From: Octopus vulgaris
Taxonomy: Eukaryota
Direction of reading: 5' to 3'
DNA: 64,000 nt
Assembly: GCA_951406725.2 (NCBI GenBank)
Contig: OX597825.1
Location: 44,764,001-44,828,000, forward strand
Shown: positions 50,313-64,000 of the stretch, piece by piece
Layout of the letters: each line of letters begins with the position of its first letter
Numbering within the stretch: the stretch's first letter is position 1
Program-made: the position numbers and the translations under genes
Notes under the pieces: model-generated
Databases searched by the model: none
Told to the model about the DNA's origin: nothing
What the model saw: the letters and a program-made list of their open reading frames with translations, nothing else

Positions 50313-51849
50313 ATATATATATATATATAAGGGAGATTACTACCTATGTGGACACCCTAAAGATAGAAGTAGATCCGCTAAGAATTGTTCTCTAGAAAAT
50401 TTAGCAAACACCAGAAACGTAAACGAGCAAGACAGATGAAAAGTAACAAAAATATAGATTAATCATAAACAATGTTTCACTATTAACAAATTACGTAATT
50501 TTACTTACGCAATTTATCTGTAGATCTTCAGGATCGTCCATACAAATATAATTTTCAGAACAATACACAGGATATCCGAACGAGGTCGAATATGTATGTA
50601 GTTCTACCTATTACACTTGTGGTTATTTTTCAAAAGTCCTCGTTTTGGCGCGCTAAATTACCGGAAATAATACTGCATAAAATAATTTACTGCAGTAGCT
50701 TTTGCCGGTTTGAGAACGTATTAATTTAAAATTAAAATTAAAATGAGGGTGAAAAACTCGGATATTAATTTGATAACATCAATTTAACACCAGTGGTCTA
50801 GCATATTAAAAATCTGAGGTTCGGTAAATAGTATTACATACATATAAGAGGGATTACCACCTATATTATATATATATGCAAACAAAATAGTATTATTACC
50901 GTGATATATAGCAATAATAAGGTGGCTAGCAAGTTCACACCTTTGCAGGCACAATATAAAGTAATTTAAGATTAGGTAGGGTATATAATACCGGTTGCTA
51001 TAATCAGAACCATTGCTCCAAAAACCACCATAAAATTACGATAACGATACACACGAGCAATGCAATGAACATTTCAGAAATAGGCTTTATACTGGTCTGT
51101 AAAGGTGTGAACTTCCTAGCCACCTTATCATATATTATATATAAACATATACATAAATATATACACATACATACACACAAACATATATATCTATATTCAA
51201 ATACATACATACATAGGCAGAAATATACTAAGACATACGCATATATATCTATACATATGCTCGTATATATTCTCATGGGTACAATATAGAAACATTCTAA
51301 TGCTAAAGTATACTTTTACGATCGCATACTTATATGCATAAACACACGATCATATACATACACAAGAACATCGATAGACCCGAAACACATAATCGTATTC
51401 ACATACACATACTTACTTAAGCACATATACGTTACTGTTCATTCACAAAATATATACGAACAAGGGACGTAATAACTTAAAATGTCGTTATCGAAACGAA
51501 CTATAAATTGTGAGAGAAGTTGTATAGAAAGACTGGGAGGGGGAAAGAAAGGAAGGATAAAACAAAGCAAAGAGAGAGAGGGAGAGAGAGGGAGAGGAAC
51601 GGGAAAATTGTAAATATAAAAAAATTCATGAAAAGAAAAGAAAGAAGGGGAGAATGGGAACATTCTGGGAAGTAAGATGGAAAAAAAAAGAAAAGAAAAT
51701 TTGCAGAAATTATAATTAGGTTATGGGAGTTCACACATACAGAAGGGCACACACACCTCAAAACATCTACAAACACAAACACACCATAACAAACTCAAAT
51801 ACGCACTAAGCATATATGCATCATTGCGCACACTGAAAATATACATACG

Positions 51850-53125
51850 TATTGGGTTGGCCGGAAATTTTGTGCCGATTTATAGAAGCTTACCTTTCGA
51901 CTTATTTTAGAACATGGTTGAGTCCATAAAATAGGATTTGACTACACCTCCATTTAGAGCACAGTTTAAGCTATCTTTTCTTGGAAGAAGGTTTATGTTC
52001 CTATAACCTGAGTTAATTCTGTAACCCTTTAAAATGGAAGATAAGAAAGTTCATTTTCGGCACTTGATGCTTTTCTTTTTCCGTAAAGGGAAAAATGCCT
52101 CACAAGTAACCAAAGACATATGCGCAGTTTATGGTGATGTTTTTTTTTTATCCGAAAGAACTGTACGAAAGTGGTTCGCAAGGTTCCGAGCTGGAGATTA
52201 TAGTCTTATTGATAAAGAGAGATCAGACAGACCATCCACTACAAATGATGACCAATTCAAGTCGTTAATTGAGAATAACCCACATTGCAACCCGAGAATT
52301 GGCAGAAAGCCTCAACCTTTCAAAATCCGTCGTTCATGAGCACCTAGTAAAGCTTGGGTACACAAATCGCTACGATGTTTGGGTACCACATGAGTTGAGT
52401 GAGAAGAATCTTTTGGATCGCATTTCCATCTGTGATTCGCTTTATAAACGGAATGAAAACGTGCCTTTTCTAAAGCAAATTGTGACATGGTGATGAGAAA
52501 TGGATTATCTACCGAAATGTTCAGAGAAAGCAATCCCGGAGTAAGTGACATGAGCCACCCTTAGCCACCCCAAAAGCGGGTCTTCTCCCTAAAAACGTCT
52601 TGCTTTGTGTCTGGTGGGATTGGAAAGGAATTCTGTACTATGAGCTTCTCCCAAGTAACCAGACAATCAATTCTGAAAAATATTGCACACAACTGGACGA
52701 GTTAAAAGTAGTAATTCAAGAGAAACATCCAGAATTGGCCAACAAGAAGGGTGTTGTTTTCCAACATGATAATGCAAGACAGCACGTTTCTTTGGGAACC
52801 AGACAAAATTGCTGCAGCTCAGCTGGGATGTGTTACCCTACCCTCCATATTAACCAGATATTGCTCCTTCGGATTTCCACTGCAGAATAGTCTTAATGGT
52901 AAAAATTTCAATTCCTTGGATGACGTAAAAAGATACCTTGATGAATTCTTTGCCATGAAACCACCTAAATTCTGGGAAGAGGGTATTTTCAAGTTAAAGG
53001 AAAGATGGAGACGCATTGTGCATCAAAATGGTTCATATCTGGTTGATTAAAAATGTAATGGCAAGTATTTATTGACCTTTTTCTTTCCTTTAAAAATCGG
53101 CACGAACTTTCCGGACAACCCAATA
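51850..53125 (+). mobile_element. Full-length mariner with TIRs and TA TSD, frameshifted transposase
   Basis: TA-TTGGGTTGGCCGGAAATTTTGTGCCGATTT ... AAATCGGCACGAACTTTCCGGACAACCCAA-TA; WVPHEL, DEKWI, HDNARQH. Confidence 0.96.
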
Positions 53126-53253
53126 TTATAACAAAAACGGATATATAAGAATATATATATACAGAAACCCATGTAGTAACGGAACTCTAGAAATGTAAGA
53201 TGGTTTCAAAGAAATCGGCTATACGTGTGTGTGTGTATGCATGTATGTATGCA

Positions 53254-53295
<42 letters not shown>

Positions 53296-53444
53296 TGTGT
53301 GTGTGTGTGTCTGTGTATGTGTTCCTTTTCAACCTTCTACATATATACATATGTAGAAGGTTGAAAAGGAACACATGAGTTGATATGTATAAGGAAGATA
53401 AGACAAGATAGAAAATGCTAAAATAATTTTATCATGAAGAACAT

Positions 53445-53485
53445 TTTAGTACCGTTTTCAGTCTTTGCGACTTTTTCAATTTAGA
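53445..53485 (-). ncRNA. Degenerate U3:A8 hammerhead-like motif
   Basis: Minus strand: TTGAAAA-AGTC(GCAAA)GACT-GAAAA-CG-GTA; stem I poor. Confidence 0.5.
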
Positions 53486-53715
53486 GTAATGCATGAAAAA
53501 TAATTAAATTGTGGAAAAAATTAAATGAAATATTTTTGTTAAATGTTTCCATTGTTTTCAAATACAAAGGATATTTTCTTTTTTTTCTGTCTGTTTTTCT
53601 CTCCCTTTTTTACTCTTGTGAAGGCTTGGTAGCATGGAGTAGGTGGTAGCAGACTTAAAAGAATATTTTATATGAGTTCTTTGTGTTGATTGTTTAAGCA
53701 GCCGTAGTAGCCGAG

Positions 53716-53827
53716 GAAGAAGAAGACGAAAAAGAAGAAGAAGAAGAAGAAGAAGAAGAAGAAGAAGAAGAAGAAGAAGAAGAAGAAGAAGAAGAAGAAG
53801 AAGAAGAAGAAGAAGAAGAAGAAGAAA
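53716..53827 (+). repeat. (GAA)n trinucleotide tract
   Basis: Direct reading. Confidence 0.95.
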
Positions 53828-54074
53828 AGTGCGGGAGTGGTATGACAGTAGTAGGATGTTGGTGGAATCCTCTTAAATGGTCAAGTGTGTTTGTAATAGT
53901 AGTGTTTGTTGTGTTTGTAATAGTAGTGACTGAAATAGTTCTGAATAAATTCATGGGCAGTGACTGTTCTGAATATATCGTTTTTAATATTTGCATGGAT
54001 ATTATTCTAAGGCCCTTGTAGTAGTATCATTTGTGGTGGACACATTCAAAGAAGACATCATGCTTGAGCACCAC

Positions 54075-54160
<86 letters not shown>

Positions 54161-55344
54161 CGTGCGTGCAGACCAACGCATGCGTACACACTCTCATTTT
54201 CTCTCTCTCTGTCTCCCTCTCTTTCACTCTCGCGCGCGCTTTTCCCACTCAGTTATCTATCTCACACACACATTCCATTAGTGACAATACATCATGTCCT
54301 CTGAGGAAACTAATGCGTATTCATAATAGAATGTTTCCTTGTTAAACTGATAACTAATATTGGTCAACAATAATTTATATTTAAATCATATCAGCGCAAT
54401 GCTTAAGCAGAAGTCTATGGTACAAAAATAGCGAAGTGAAAGAAAGGTAATAGCTGAACGACAAAACAAAGGTCAGAGGTTAATATTCAATATGGGTATT
54501 ACTTCCAGAACATGATGTGATTCTGTTCAAGGACAAGCCGAATAACAAAACGATTTCATCTAAACTAAAGTTAAACTATCTTCAGTGCCCCAAAACATCA
54601 CACCTGAAAATAATAGGATACCGTTAACTTAAAGCCATATCCTGAAAAAGAACATGTCGAGGACATACGTGATGTATTTATAATTTAACAAAGAACTGGA
54701 CAGACCATTGAAAAAGGTGTTTGAAAATTACATTCTTCATCAAAATATTTCCAAGCGATAGTGAGCAGCTTATTCAGCAGTCTATAGAGAAAAACATGTT
54801 TAAAAAAGAAAGAATTTGGGGTTAAGTTATTTAAGAGCATCAAGAGTGAGCCACGTTTGGTCACCAACATCTTCTATGGTAGAACATCCATTTCTGTTGC
54901 CTGTGTTTTGAAATGTTGGTACTAGTGCATCAGCTTTGACGACAGAGAATGTATGATCTACCATAGAAAATGGAAATTTTAAGTTCATGCATAAATTCCT
55001 TCAAACGGGTGTATGGAACATATATACTGTATAAATACAAAAATTATTCGTGATCCAATTGTTATTTATTTTGGGGTAAAAAGAATTAGTTTTCATATCT
55101 CTTATCCGATGTTCACAATAGTAAATCCTTGGACGTGTTAAGCTTTTATCTCTTTGCGTTCTTGCATTTGATACCCGAATCAAGATTAGGAACGAAAAGC
55201 AAAAATATAGCATACTTTATATATCAGATGAATAAAATTAATCTTTTTTCTTTTCTGTTGTTGATTTTTACTGCTGTTGTTTTGTCGTTGTTTTTTTTTT
55301 TTTTTTGTGGGACGGGTGGAGTGGCTCTGAGCTTGCTTTGAAAC

Positions 55345-55740
55345 AGATATTTCTAAAATATCAAAGGTAATATATTATTCAATGGTAGTTGACGTAACGC
55401 CTGATTCTCCACAAACCGAACAAGACAACATTTTTCATATTTTACCTCTAGAGTATACATAGTGATATTATTTAATTCAAGAGATTTCTGAGGGTTTTTT
55501 TTCTTTTTTCTTCTTTTGGAAGATTTCAGGTGTCAAAGATAGGATATTGGTGAAAAAAATCGCAACTAGATACAAAAGCAGTTTAAATTATGTGAATTAA
55601 TGAAACTCTTCTCTTTCCTTAAAGAGTAGATTTCATACTTTGAATATGTGTGATAAGCATTTAGAAGAATCCAAGTAATTGCATTGTGCATCAACTGTTC
55701 AGTAGTCAGCCAGAATTTATTGCTTGAAGTCATTTGCCTC
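55345..55740 (+). mobile_element. hAT transposase relic
   Basis: From ~55373: YYSMVVDVTPDSPQTEQ, matching the hAT first catalytic-Asp motif DxTxDxSxxEQ. Confidence 0.6.
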
Positions 55741-56154
55741 AAAATCTCCGTAGTATTAAATTAGTCCTAAAAGAGTCCTGAAACTTAATTTGTCGCCAAA
55801 GTTCAGTAATTAAGTAACAAGTTCACTTTCAGATACTCATGTCATCGATGTAGTTCAACATTTCCCCATTCATTAATACCTATAACATTTCCTGTTGATA
55901 CTAATGCGAACAAAATCAACTTGTCGTTGATGACAGAATGAAAACAAGTTGTCAAGTCTACAAACTGAAATTACAAATAGAGAAAGACATTTTTATAAGT
56001 CTGTCACAGATTTTCGTTGTGTATGAAGAATCCTTCATTTGGAAATCTGTTTTCTGTATCATTGATGATTTTTGCTTTGGAGAAGAGATGAACTACAAAA
56101 AATATATACCTTTTTATTCTTCTAGAAATATCGGTCAACATCGGAAAGTCTTTT

Positions 56155-56320
56155 GACCACAAGTTACCATGTCCAGAAATTTACGAAAACTCCGTGCGGT
56201 TTATCGAGCTGTTGTGGTTTCTACGCTTCTGTGTGCCTCAGAAACCTGGACACTTTATCGTCGTCATGTCAAACTCCTCGAATCCTTTCATATCCGCTGT
56301 CTCTATCGCATTCTTCAAGT
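56155..56320 (+). mobile_element. Small RTE fragment
   Basis: YRAVVVSTLLCASETWTLYRRHVKLLESFHIRCLYRILQ. Confidence 0.8.
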
Positions 56321-56949
56321 AAGCAAAAGCAAGCAACAAAATACGTAACTGTAGTCTGGATAACATTATTACAAATCTGTCTATATCATTTCGAAATTTT
56401 CCACACAATTTCTATTACCTCAGTGGTGGTAGTAAGCTTAAACTGATAAAGAACGATCTCAAAAGAAGCGTATCAAATAGTCGTCTGTTAACTCTAACTT
56501 GACTTAGCACGAAAATCGAATTCATTTGAAATATTGATTCTAAAACTTTGCTCAAAAGAAAAGAACACCACTTCTAAGGAAGTGAAAATTCGGTTAGTCG
56601 ACTATGATCTTCGAAAATAAATGAAAATGGGAAATTAGATAATTTCTTATTGGTACTTGTGGTTTTATCCTAAGTGTAAATCATTTTGTCGAATAATAAT
56701 TGCTTATTATTTGTTAATATGTCAATAAGCAGTCTGTTATATTTCATTGCAAAGAAATATCTATAACTTAAACATCGTTGACTTCGCAATCATTTCCGAT
56801 AGAAAAAAATTCTTTTTCGAGTTGATAAGGAAAGTCTAAAACGAATTAACAGATGATATTACTAAAAAAATATTGCATGCAAATGCAACATCAGAAGTTT
56901 AAGTAATGTGACATGCTAATCACTGTATCAGTGTATCGCCCAGACTATT

Positions 56950-59680
56950 GAATGTTGTTTTATATATTGCTGGTCATAATGCGCTTCCAATTCTTACTTG
57001 ATTCTCTATTTTTTTTCCATCTTGACCTAAATTGTTAACTAAATGGTTTTCCTATCATCTTAAAGACCTTCCGAATGGCCTTCTCTGATCCCTTGGATAC
57101 AACTAAGCAACTGCACAGGTCCACCTGTTGTTTGTCACAGCGAAACTTGTGCTTTCGGGATTTGGTGATCACGATCTCGAATAAGCTCATTTCGAATGAT
57201 ATTCCTCGCAGAGATCTTTCCATGGTCCTTTGCATCGTAGCCAATCGATGTTCTTCTTTCTTCATAGTAGCTACGTCTCATTTACGTATTACGGCACAGG
57301 TAGAACAATGCTATTGAAGAGTCTAGTACGTATGGTCTTCTCCAGCATTACTTTGAACACATCCTTTACTGCCCTAATTCAATTTGAGATTTCAGCTTCC
57401 ATGCCTTGGTACATATTCACTGTGTGCTCTAAGCAGACGTACTCCTCAGCCTCCTCTATTTCGTTGTTTCCTACTTCTCTTTGGTCTTGTGCTGCCTTTT
57501 CGGGCCGTATCTATTTTGTTTCATGTGGTTTCTTTCAAGGCCTACTGCTGAGCATGAGTGTTCAGCTCTGTCACCGAGGAGTACGATGTCATCTTCGAAA
57601 CGATGTGTTAGTAGCTTATCGTTGATGTTTACGCCACCTGTCCAGTCAGTATCTCTAATGACCATTTCTAGACATGTGGGGGAAAAGGTTTGGTGAAACA
57701 CTGTTTCCTTGTTTGACACCCGGTATCTAGTCTTTATATCCCTGAGCAACTGGGTGTATCGTGCCTTGCATTTCCAGAGATTTCAGCACTGCTTGTATCT
57801 AGACGCTACCGAAGGCTTCTCATAATCAACGAAAACTATACATATAGGCAACTTATATTATTTCACTCGTTCTCTAAGTTGTTAGAGTGAATACGTGATT
57901 CGTCGTATTGTAACTCTTACATAAACGTGCTTGTTCCCCCTGGTCATCAAAATGTTTCGATAGTCAGATCACTATGACTCTTATAAAGGTGAGGCATGAG
58001 ACATATAGTGAGATAGCTTCTCAAAGTAAAATGATATTCAAATGATTTTCACAAGATATTTTACCTTTGTTCAGACAGCTTTTGAAGCGTAGAAAAAGGA
58101 ATTTGCATATCTCTTCAGCTCCGCACTTTAACATCAGTATTGTTATGCCATCTCTTCCTAGAGCTTTGTCTGCTTTTGTCATCCAGCATTTATGACGGTA
58201 GAGGATCGAGCTTTACTGATGATTTACAAAGGTTGGTGTAGGTTTTGCATGCCTCTTCCATATCCCCTTTGTCTGTAACCGTGAGCCCGTCCTTGTTCTA
58301 AGCACAGTAATCTCTGACCAATAGAGTGCCATCTCTCTGCAACACATATAGAAGCGTTTCTTTTGCAATCTGCCTCAGGTTCTTCAATTTATAATTCTCG
58401 AAGTCATTTTCCAGCTGTTGCCTGACCGTTTTGCAGAGAATGAAATATTCGAGATGATCTTTCAAGTTCTTCTTCGTAGTATTCCGTTTCTCAAGAATGT
58501 TCTTCGTCTCACCCGAGATTCTTCTGTCGGGTTCCTGTTGGTTTGCAGTTCGTGTCTTCCACATGCAGCTTAATTTTCTTGACTAGTAAATTGTAGCTTT
58601 CATCAACCTCTTCAAGCTCACTCGACACGCTGTTCCTTCATTGAGATCTGCAGAGCCTTCTCTATTATTTCGTTGATCGCAATTGTTGCCTATAGCAAGC
58701 AATTATCTCTATTATCGAGATGTCCTACAGTATATGCCGTTCGTAGACAAGGATGTTGTCAATTTCTTTTTATACTGTGCGCTTGTAGTTATCGAAGTCC
58801 ATTTCCTGGATAGCTTCCAGAATAGGCCTGTTCCAACATAAAACTTTTTGGACTTTGCCATGGTAGCCAAACATTCTCCTTTTTTCTCTCCCTCGATCCA
58901 AACTTTCGAACGTATTTCTCCTCCTGCCCTCCTCTTCTAATATTTGCGTTGAAATCTCCCATCGCTATGGTATCTGGTTTTGTAAGCTAGAGATTTTTCT
59001 AACTCTTGATAGATTCTTTCACATCATCGTCATCGCAAGCATTTGTAGAAATATAAGTCTGGATGGTTTTCAAGATGGCATTTCTTGAGAGGCAGCCGGC
59101 TAGCACTCCGATGAGTGAAGAAAACAACTGGCAGCAAACGATTTTCGATGCCCAGTCTTTGCTTACCACGAACCCTGTACCACTTATTGCTTTCACACTT
59201 TATGCTTTTACTAGTTTCCCGCCACTCCATTTATTTATTTCCTTCAACTTGTTTCGCAGTCATAGCACATCGCATTTATCTTCTTTTTCTCCTTCCTTTG
59301 ATGAGCCATTCTGGTTCTCTTTAGTAAAGACCTAAAGCTATACGTACCAGTTGTTATTCGACACCTTGTTGGCCTATGAATGCCTGAGATTCTTAGCAGC
59401 CTCTGGTCACTCGGGTTTCATTCCTCCGCCATGGGGCGGTCCAACTGATTTTCAGGAAATGAGGCCAATTTTCTTGCATTGTTGTAGCTGGCTTGGTGGG
59501 CAGGCCATGGTCATCTTTTTAGCTTAGCTAGCATCCAACCTCTAGCGATTAGACTACATGCTCGCTTCAGCGAGAGAGTTATCTGCAGGGTCAGTAGTCC
59601 GATGCATACGAGAGCATATGTCCCGCTACCATACATACCGAACAACTATTGTCACTGCTGCACCCCAATGAGTTACTGAA
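56950..59680 (-). mobile_element. Decayed RTE-clade LINE (APE + RT)
   Basis: GTGFVV, MGDFNANI, FVDYEKAF, THRFEDDIVL (from LRFADD), RLATMQRTMERSL. Confidence 0.85.
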
Positions 59681-61029
59681 GTCCAGTTTTGCAACATACT
59701 TACGATGGAATAAAATCTTTCCCTGAATGATTTGTAATACAAGATTGTAAATTATTTTATAATAGAAATTTGTTTCAATCTTTTTAATCGCTTATAAAAC
59801 TGTTATTGTTTTTTAAATTTTGTATTCCTTTCACAATGTTTTTGATCTGAAACGAGTATTGAGACCAATATTGTTGTATTCAGGAAGAATCAAAATTAAT
59901 AAACACACACCATTTGTTTCCTGTCTATATTTTACTTCTCTCTGCAAAGCAATTGATATAGGTTTATGTCTTCAAAATGATTTTTCGCTACTCCAATCTG
60001 CAGCTTTCTCTTTGGATACTTTTTTCCTTTTAAATGCTTAGTTTTTGTTTTGAACTGATTTTTTCTGTTATTAAATCTCAATAGTAACAAGTATGTGAGT
60101 TGACGTTTTTTGTATGCTTACTTTGCTTCCCGTATTTTGTCTTTTTTGTTTCCCAACAACAGAACATGTGTGTGTGTGTGTTTGACTCTGTGGGGTGAGT
60201 GTGTGTGTGAGTGTATGTGTGAGTATGTGGGTGTGTGTGTGTGTGTTGATCAATTATATTTGGACTTATTTTATCTTTACTCATGTATGATTGTAGGGAT
60301 GGGTTATCGTTGAGGGGTTTCTAAACCTATTTTTTCTTCATATTAAGTGTGTCGGATGTGCCTTCCATATTCGTGTAGATTTTGTAAGCTGTTATAAAGT
60401 TGGGTGTTTTAGGAGTTTGAAAAGAATTTACTTCAACATTTTTGTAAGATATTGTGTTTCTGTATGGCATGGAACACAATAGTGTGCAAGAAATACAACA
60501 GAAAAACAATCAGTTTAAAACTAAATATCATGCAATTAAAAGATATTTACACACATTCAGAAAGCAACATGTTGGTGTAGTGAAAAATATTTTTGAGAAC
60601 ATAAGCAAACCTTAACTGCTATGAGAAAAAGACAGAACTGAAATATAGACAACTAACAATTGTTGAGTATAAGTTTAACTTCTCGAAAACGTTTCCATTG
60701 AATACAGTTTTAAGCTCTTCTCACCAATCTTGGTCATACAACATCGCTAATGAAGATTTCCAGCTAGAATCCTTAGTTCTGTTCGATATATTGTTCTCTC
60801 TGTTGTTCTTTTTGCTCTTTCTTGTATATGTAGTTTTACTATCCTTATCATCTTTTCTATTTTCTCACTTCTTTCACGCACGAAAGTGAAGATATGAATC
60901 TGTTTCATTTGAAATAATATCTGAATTCCCTATTGATGTTACATTCGCGAACAGATTCGTTTCATTTTAATCCAATTTCTCATCCTTTTCTCAGCCATTT
61001 CTTGGCTGCCATGGTCCTGTTGCTAGTAG

Positions 61030-61060
61030 GTGTAGCAGCAGCAGCAGCAGCAGCAGCAAC

Positions 61061-61118
<58 letters not shown>

Positions 61119-61200
61119 ATAGTAGTAGTAGTAGTAGTAGGTGGTGGTGGTGGTGGCGGGTGGAGATGGAGGAGGAGATGGTAGTGCTGCTGCTGTCGTA
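61030..61200 (+). repeat. (GCA)n/(GTA)n/(GGT)n compound trinucleotide repeat
   Basis: Direct reading. Confidence 0.95.
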
Positions 61201-61313
61201 GAGAGACTAAATCACTTCAACTTAGCCACTAATTGAATTGAATCGTATTTCTTATAGGTAGCTGACTTGTGTATACAGGTTCCATATATAAAATATATAT
61301 ATACAGTATATAA

Positions 61314-61347
<34 letters not shown>

Positions 61348-61551
61348 ATACATACAGATATAGATACATGTATGTATGCGAATATATTTTGGGGTGCATG
61401 TGTGTGTATGCGCATGCGCATGTTTTAAGTGTTTATCTCAGTGATTCATTGTTATTTCGTTATTTCGTTCCCGCAGCAGTTCTAAGTAACTTTAATCAAG
61501 ATAAGTTTAAAATCCCCAGCGTCGGGCCTTCAGCCTAACAATTAAATGCAA

Positions 61552-61608
<57 letters not shown>

Positions 61609-61776
61609 CTTGCTAATGTATGTCTGCACGTCGTCAAAGGAGATTCATAGATATAAAAAGTATATGCGCATACATTTGTAGAAATATATATATGCTTATT
61701 CTTACATTCTTACTTGCATAGCTAAGTATATACATACGTATATATTTATATTCATACACACACACACACACATATA

Positions 61777-61849
<73 letters not shown>

Positions 61850-62940
61850 CCTCAGAAAAATTAGTTTATGGTTGTGGTAATGTGAGAGAAAACGTTGTTA
61901 CAAGTGCACTTTAGATTAATCAGGACAAAATTCAATTGTTTTAGCGTTTAGCAATTTTTCCAAGAACTGTGATAAACACGAACATAAAAATTATAAAAAT
62001 TGTAAAACTGATAGCTATCATAATAGATACTATGAAACAGCTAGCCTAATACACTAAAGGACAAAACAATATCAGTGTATATGCTTTTGTATGTCTGTGC
62101 AGTTATATATATGCATATGGTTCTGTATATATGGAAGAGTGCACGTATAAGTTTATACGTACAGTTACATACATGTATGTATATATATGCCATCATTCAG
62201 TGTTGTTTACTCATATTCACTGCACAATTATCAGACTTTGAAGCTTGACATTTTTTTAAATATCATTATTTGGCAATTATCTTCTCTTGTGTGAATATTC
62301 CTAAAGGCGTCCATCGTTCGAAATACAAGCCCTCGCTATCACAGAGGGTCTCTCCTAGCGAAAACACCTCCTTTGTATAGATAAGACCGCTCCTAACGTC
62401 CTTGTTTTCAGGCCAAAAAAAAAAATTTCAATCTCCAGTAATTATTGACACTTTACATAGTTCAGGTGTGGCATCTGAGAATATTCTGTCGCTGCACGTA
62501 CTGACATCCGCAACAGATAGGAATGCCCCACCATCACCACTTACATACTCCAGTCTCAAACTCACCTCTCTTCTACTCATCGCTCTTATTTTGTCCAAGG
62601 CCTTCTCTCTAGCTAAGCATTAACTTAATCCTTCTTTTCCAGAATTTTCAACCTCTTCGCTCATATTTTTTTCCGCGGGTCTTGATTTGTTCATTTCCTA
62701 GTCAAGAGTAACATTAAAAGCACCAGTTTCTCCATTTTAGGAGTACCTGTAATGGCTATGGGCACTGCTCGAACTTTAACTCCCAGCTAGTGAATTATTG
62801 CATATACATGTACGTTTTAGATCTTATATTTCATATTCCTGCGGGCCCAGTGTGATGCAAGGCAAAAAGTCTTTATAAAAGAGAAGTCTCTTTCAGAACA
62901 TTTCAAACTCTTTCTACAAGTCAACCACTTTCCTTTTGCG

Positions 62941-63943
62941 ATACTTTCGCTATTTCGTTGATATTTGGATACCTAATTACCCTCAACAGGCGAGCGCTAA
63001 TGCGAGTTTGAAAAGGGTTTTCATATAATTTCAAATGTAACAGGCTGCTAACTCTATTGCTAACTTTCTTTTAAATCATCTGTGACGTCACTAAGATTAG
63101 TCCTACACTCTTCGGTAACACATAATGTCACCTATTCATGCACCTGCATCTGGCAAGACAATGTTTAATCCTTAGTAAGAGTTTTGCATTAATATTACAT
63201 GTAAATGTAATTTCCCATTTGTAACTGAATGCATTACTAAAGCAACTAGCAAAATTAAAAAAATTTAATTTAAAATCACACCATTACTGCAACTAAATAT
63301 ATTTGCATTTATGCAGCTTTATGAACTTAAAGCAAAACTTAAAAAGTGAAAATGTTTAAGAACAGCAGCAAAATTATGCTGATTTTCACCTCAAAACTTT
63401 TAGTAATTAATTGTCTAGATTTACATTTATATATCATTTTTATATAACTAGCTTAAAAGTCCCACTCCATGTGGAGTTTTAAGGTAGCTCCTGCGGCCCA
63501 AGAGTAGAAAGACTATAACACGTCTATATTGATTATATGCCCCGGTGGTATTTGATCAGAGATTAAGGACGGATGAGAATTGGTTATGTAATGCAATCAT
63601 TCTATTGTTCTAGTGTTCCAGTCCCAATTTGAATTCCAACTGTCGGCCAGTTTGTCCCAAAGTTCTTATCTCGACGTAAAATTAACGAAGAGAATGTCAT
63701 TTATCTCCCCATTGATCTCCGACGTCATATGACAAACCCCAACCAAGATGGTGCGAATCATCCAAGCTTTACCTCTTAGAACTAACAACCTAAATGCTTT
63801 TAAATGTAATACTTTCGCTATTTCGGTCATATTTGGATAACTAATTACCCTCAACATGTGCACGTTGATGCAAGTTTGAAAGGGGGTTTCATATAATTTT
63901 AAATGTAACAGGCTGCTAACTCTTTTGCTAGCTTTCTTTTAAA
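62941..63943 (+). repeat. ~135-bp diverged direct repeat (62941-63075 and 63809-63943)
   Basis: ATACTTTCGCTATTTCG...AAATGTAACAGGCTGCTAACTCT...TTTCTTTTAAA occurs twice. Confidence 0.9.
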
Positions 63944-64000
63944 GGGCAGATTTCCAATCCCGAGGTCATCCTGTTTCCAAAAAAGTATAATATTTCTATA
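63448..64000 (-). mobile_element. Helitron-like element 3' end (continues beyond the window)
   Basis: Minus strand: hairpin ACTCCA-CA-TGGAGT, about 12 nt spacer, then CTAG|T. Confidence 0.6.

Noticed and set aside
62330-62830. Possible Dong-like 3' relic on minus (VKVRAVPIAITG)
   Set aside because: Similarity too weak to list as a feature.

Overview
Eukaryotic, AT-rich, repeat-dominated genomic DNA with no intact host gene. The repeat inventory (abundant tRNA-type SINEs, RTE and R4/Dong LINEs, Penelope-like elements, mariners, dense AT/GT/ATAC/ATT microsatellites) resembles an octopus or coleoid cephalopod genome; this is an inference. Most six-frame ORFs are microsatellite artefacts. Recognisable parts: a near-full-length RTE LINE with three C-terminal C2H2 fingers (41.6-45.7 kb), further RTE and R4/Dong relics, at least four Penelope-like elements (PLEs), two full-length mariners and a rosa/Visitor-like Tc1-mariner, two Helitron-like elements, a solo LTR, a hAT relic and a frameshifted SLIRP-like RRM pseudogene. 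The most notable signals are: (1) about a dozen minimal type-I hammerhead ribozyme motifs, most with the non-canonical U3:A8 core (TTGANAA) and palindromic stem III, several sitting in short non-coding foldback elements with copies on both strands; (2) a Ulp1/C48-like cysteine protease ORF directly upstream of a PLE ORF; (3) a tandem of precisely bounded ~560-bp non-coding elements nested in (TAA)n; (4) many near-perfect local inverted duplications. All calls were made by eye and coordinates of degenerate elements are approximate.
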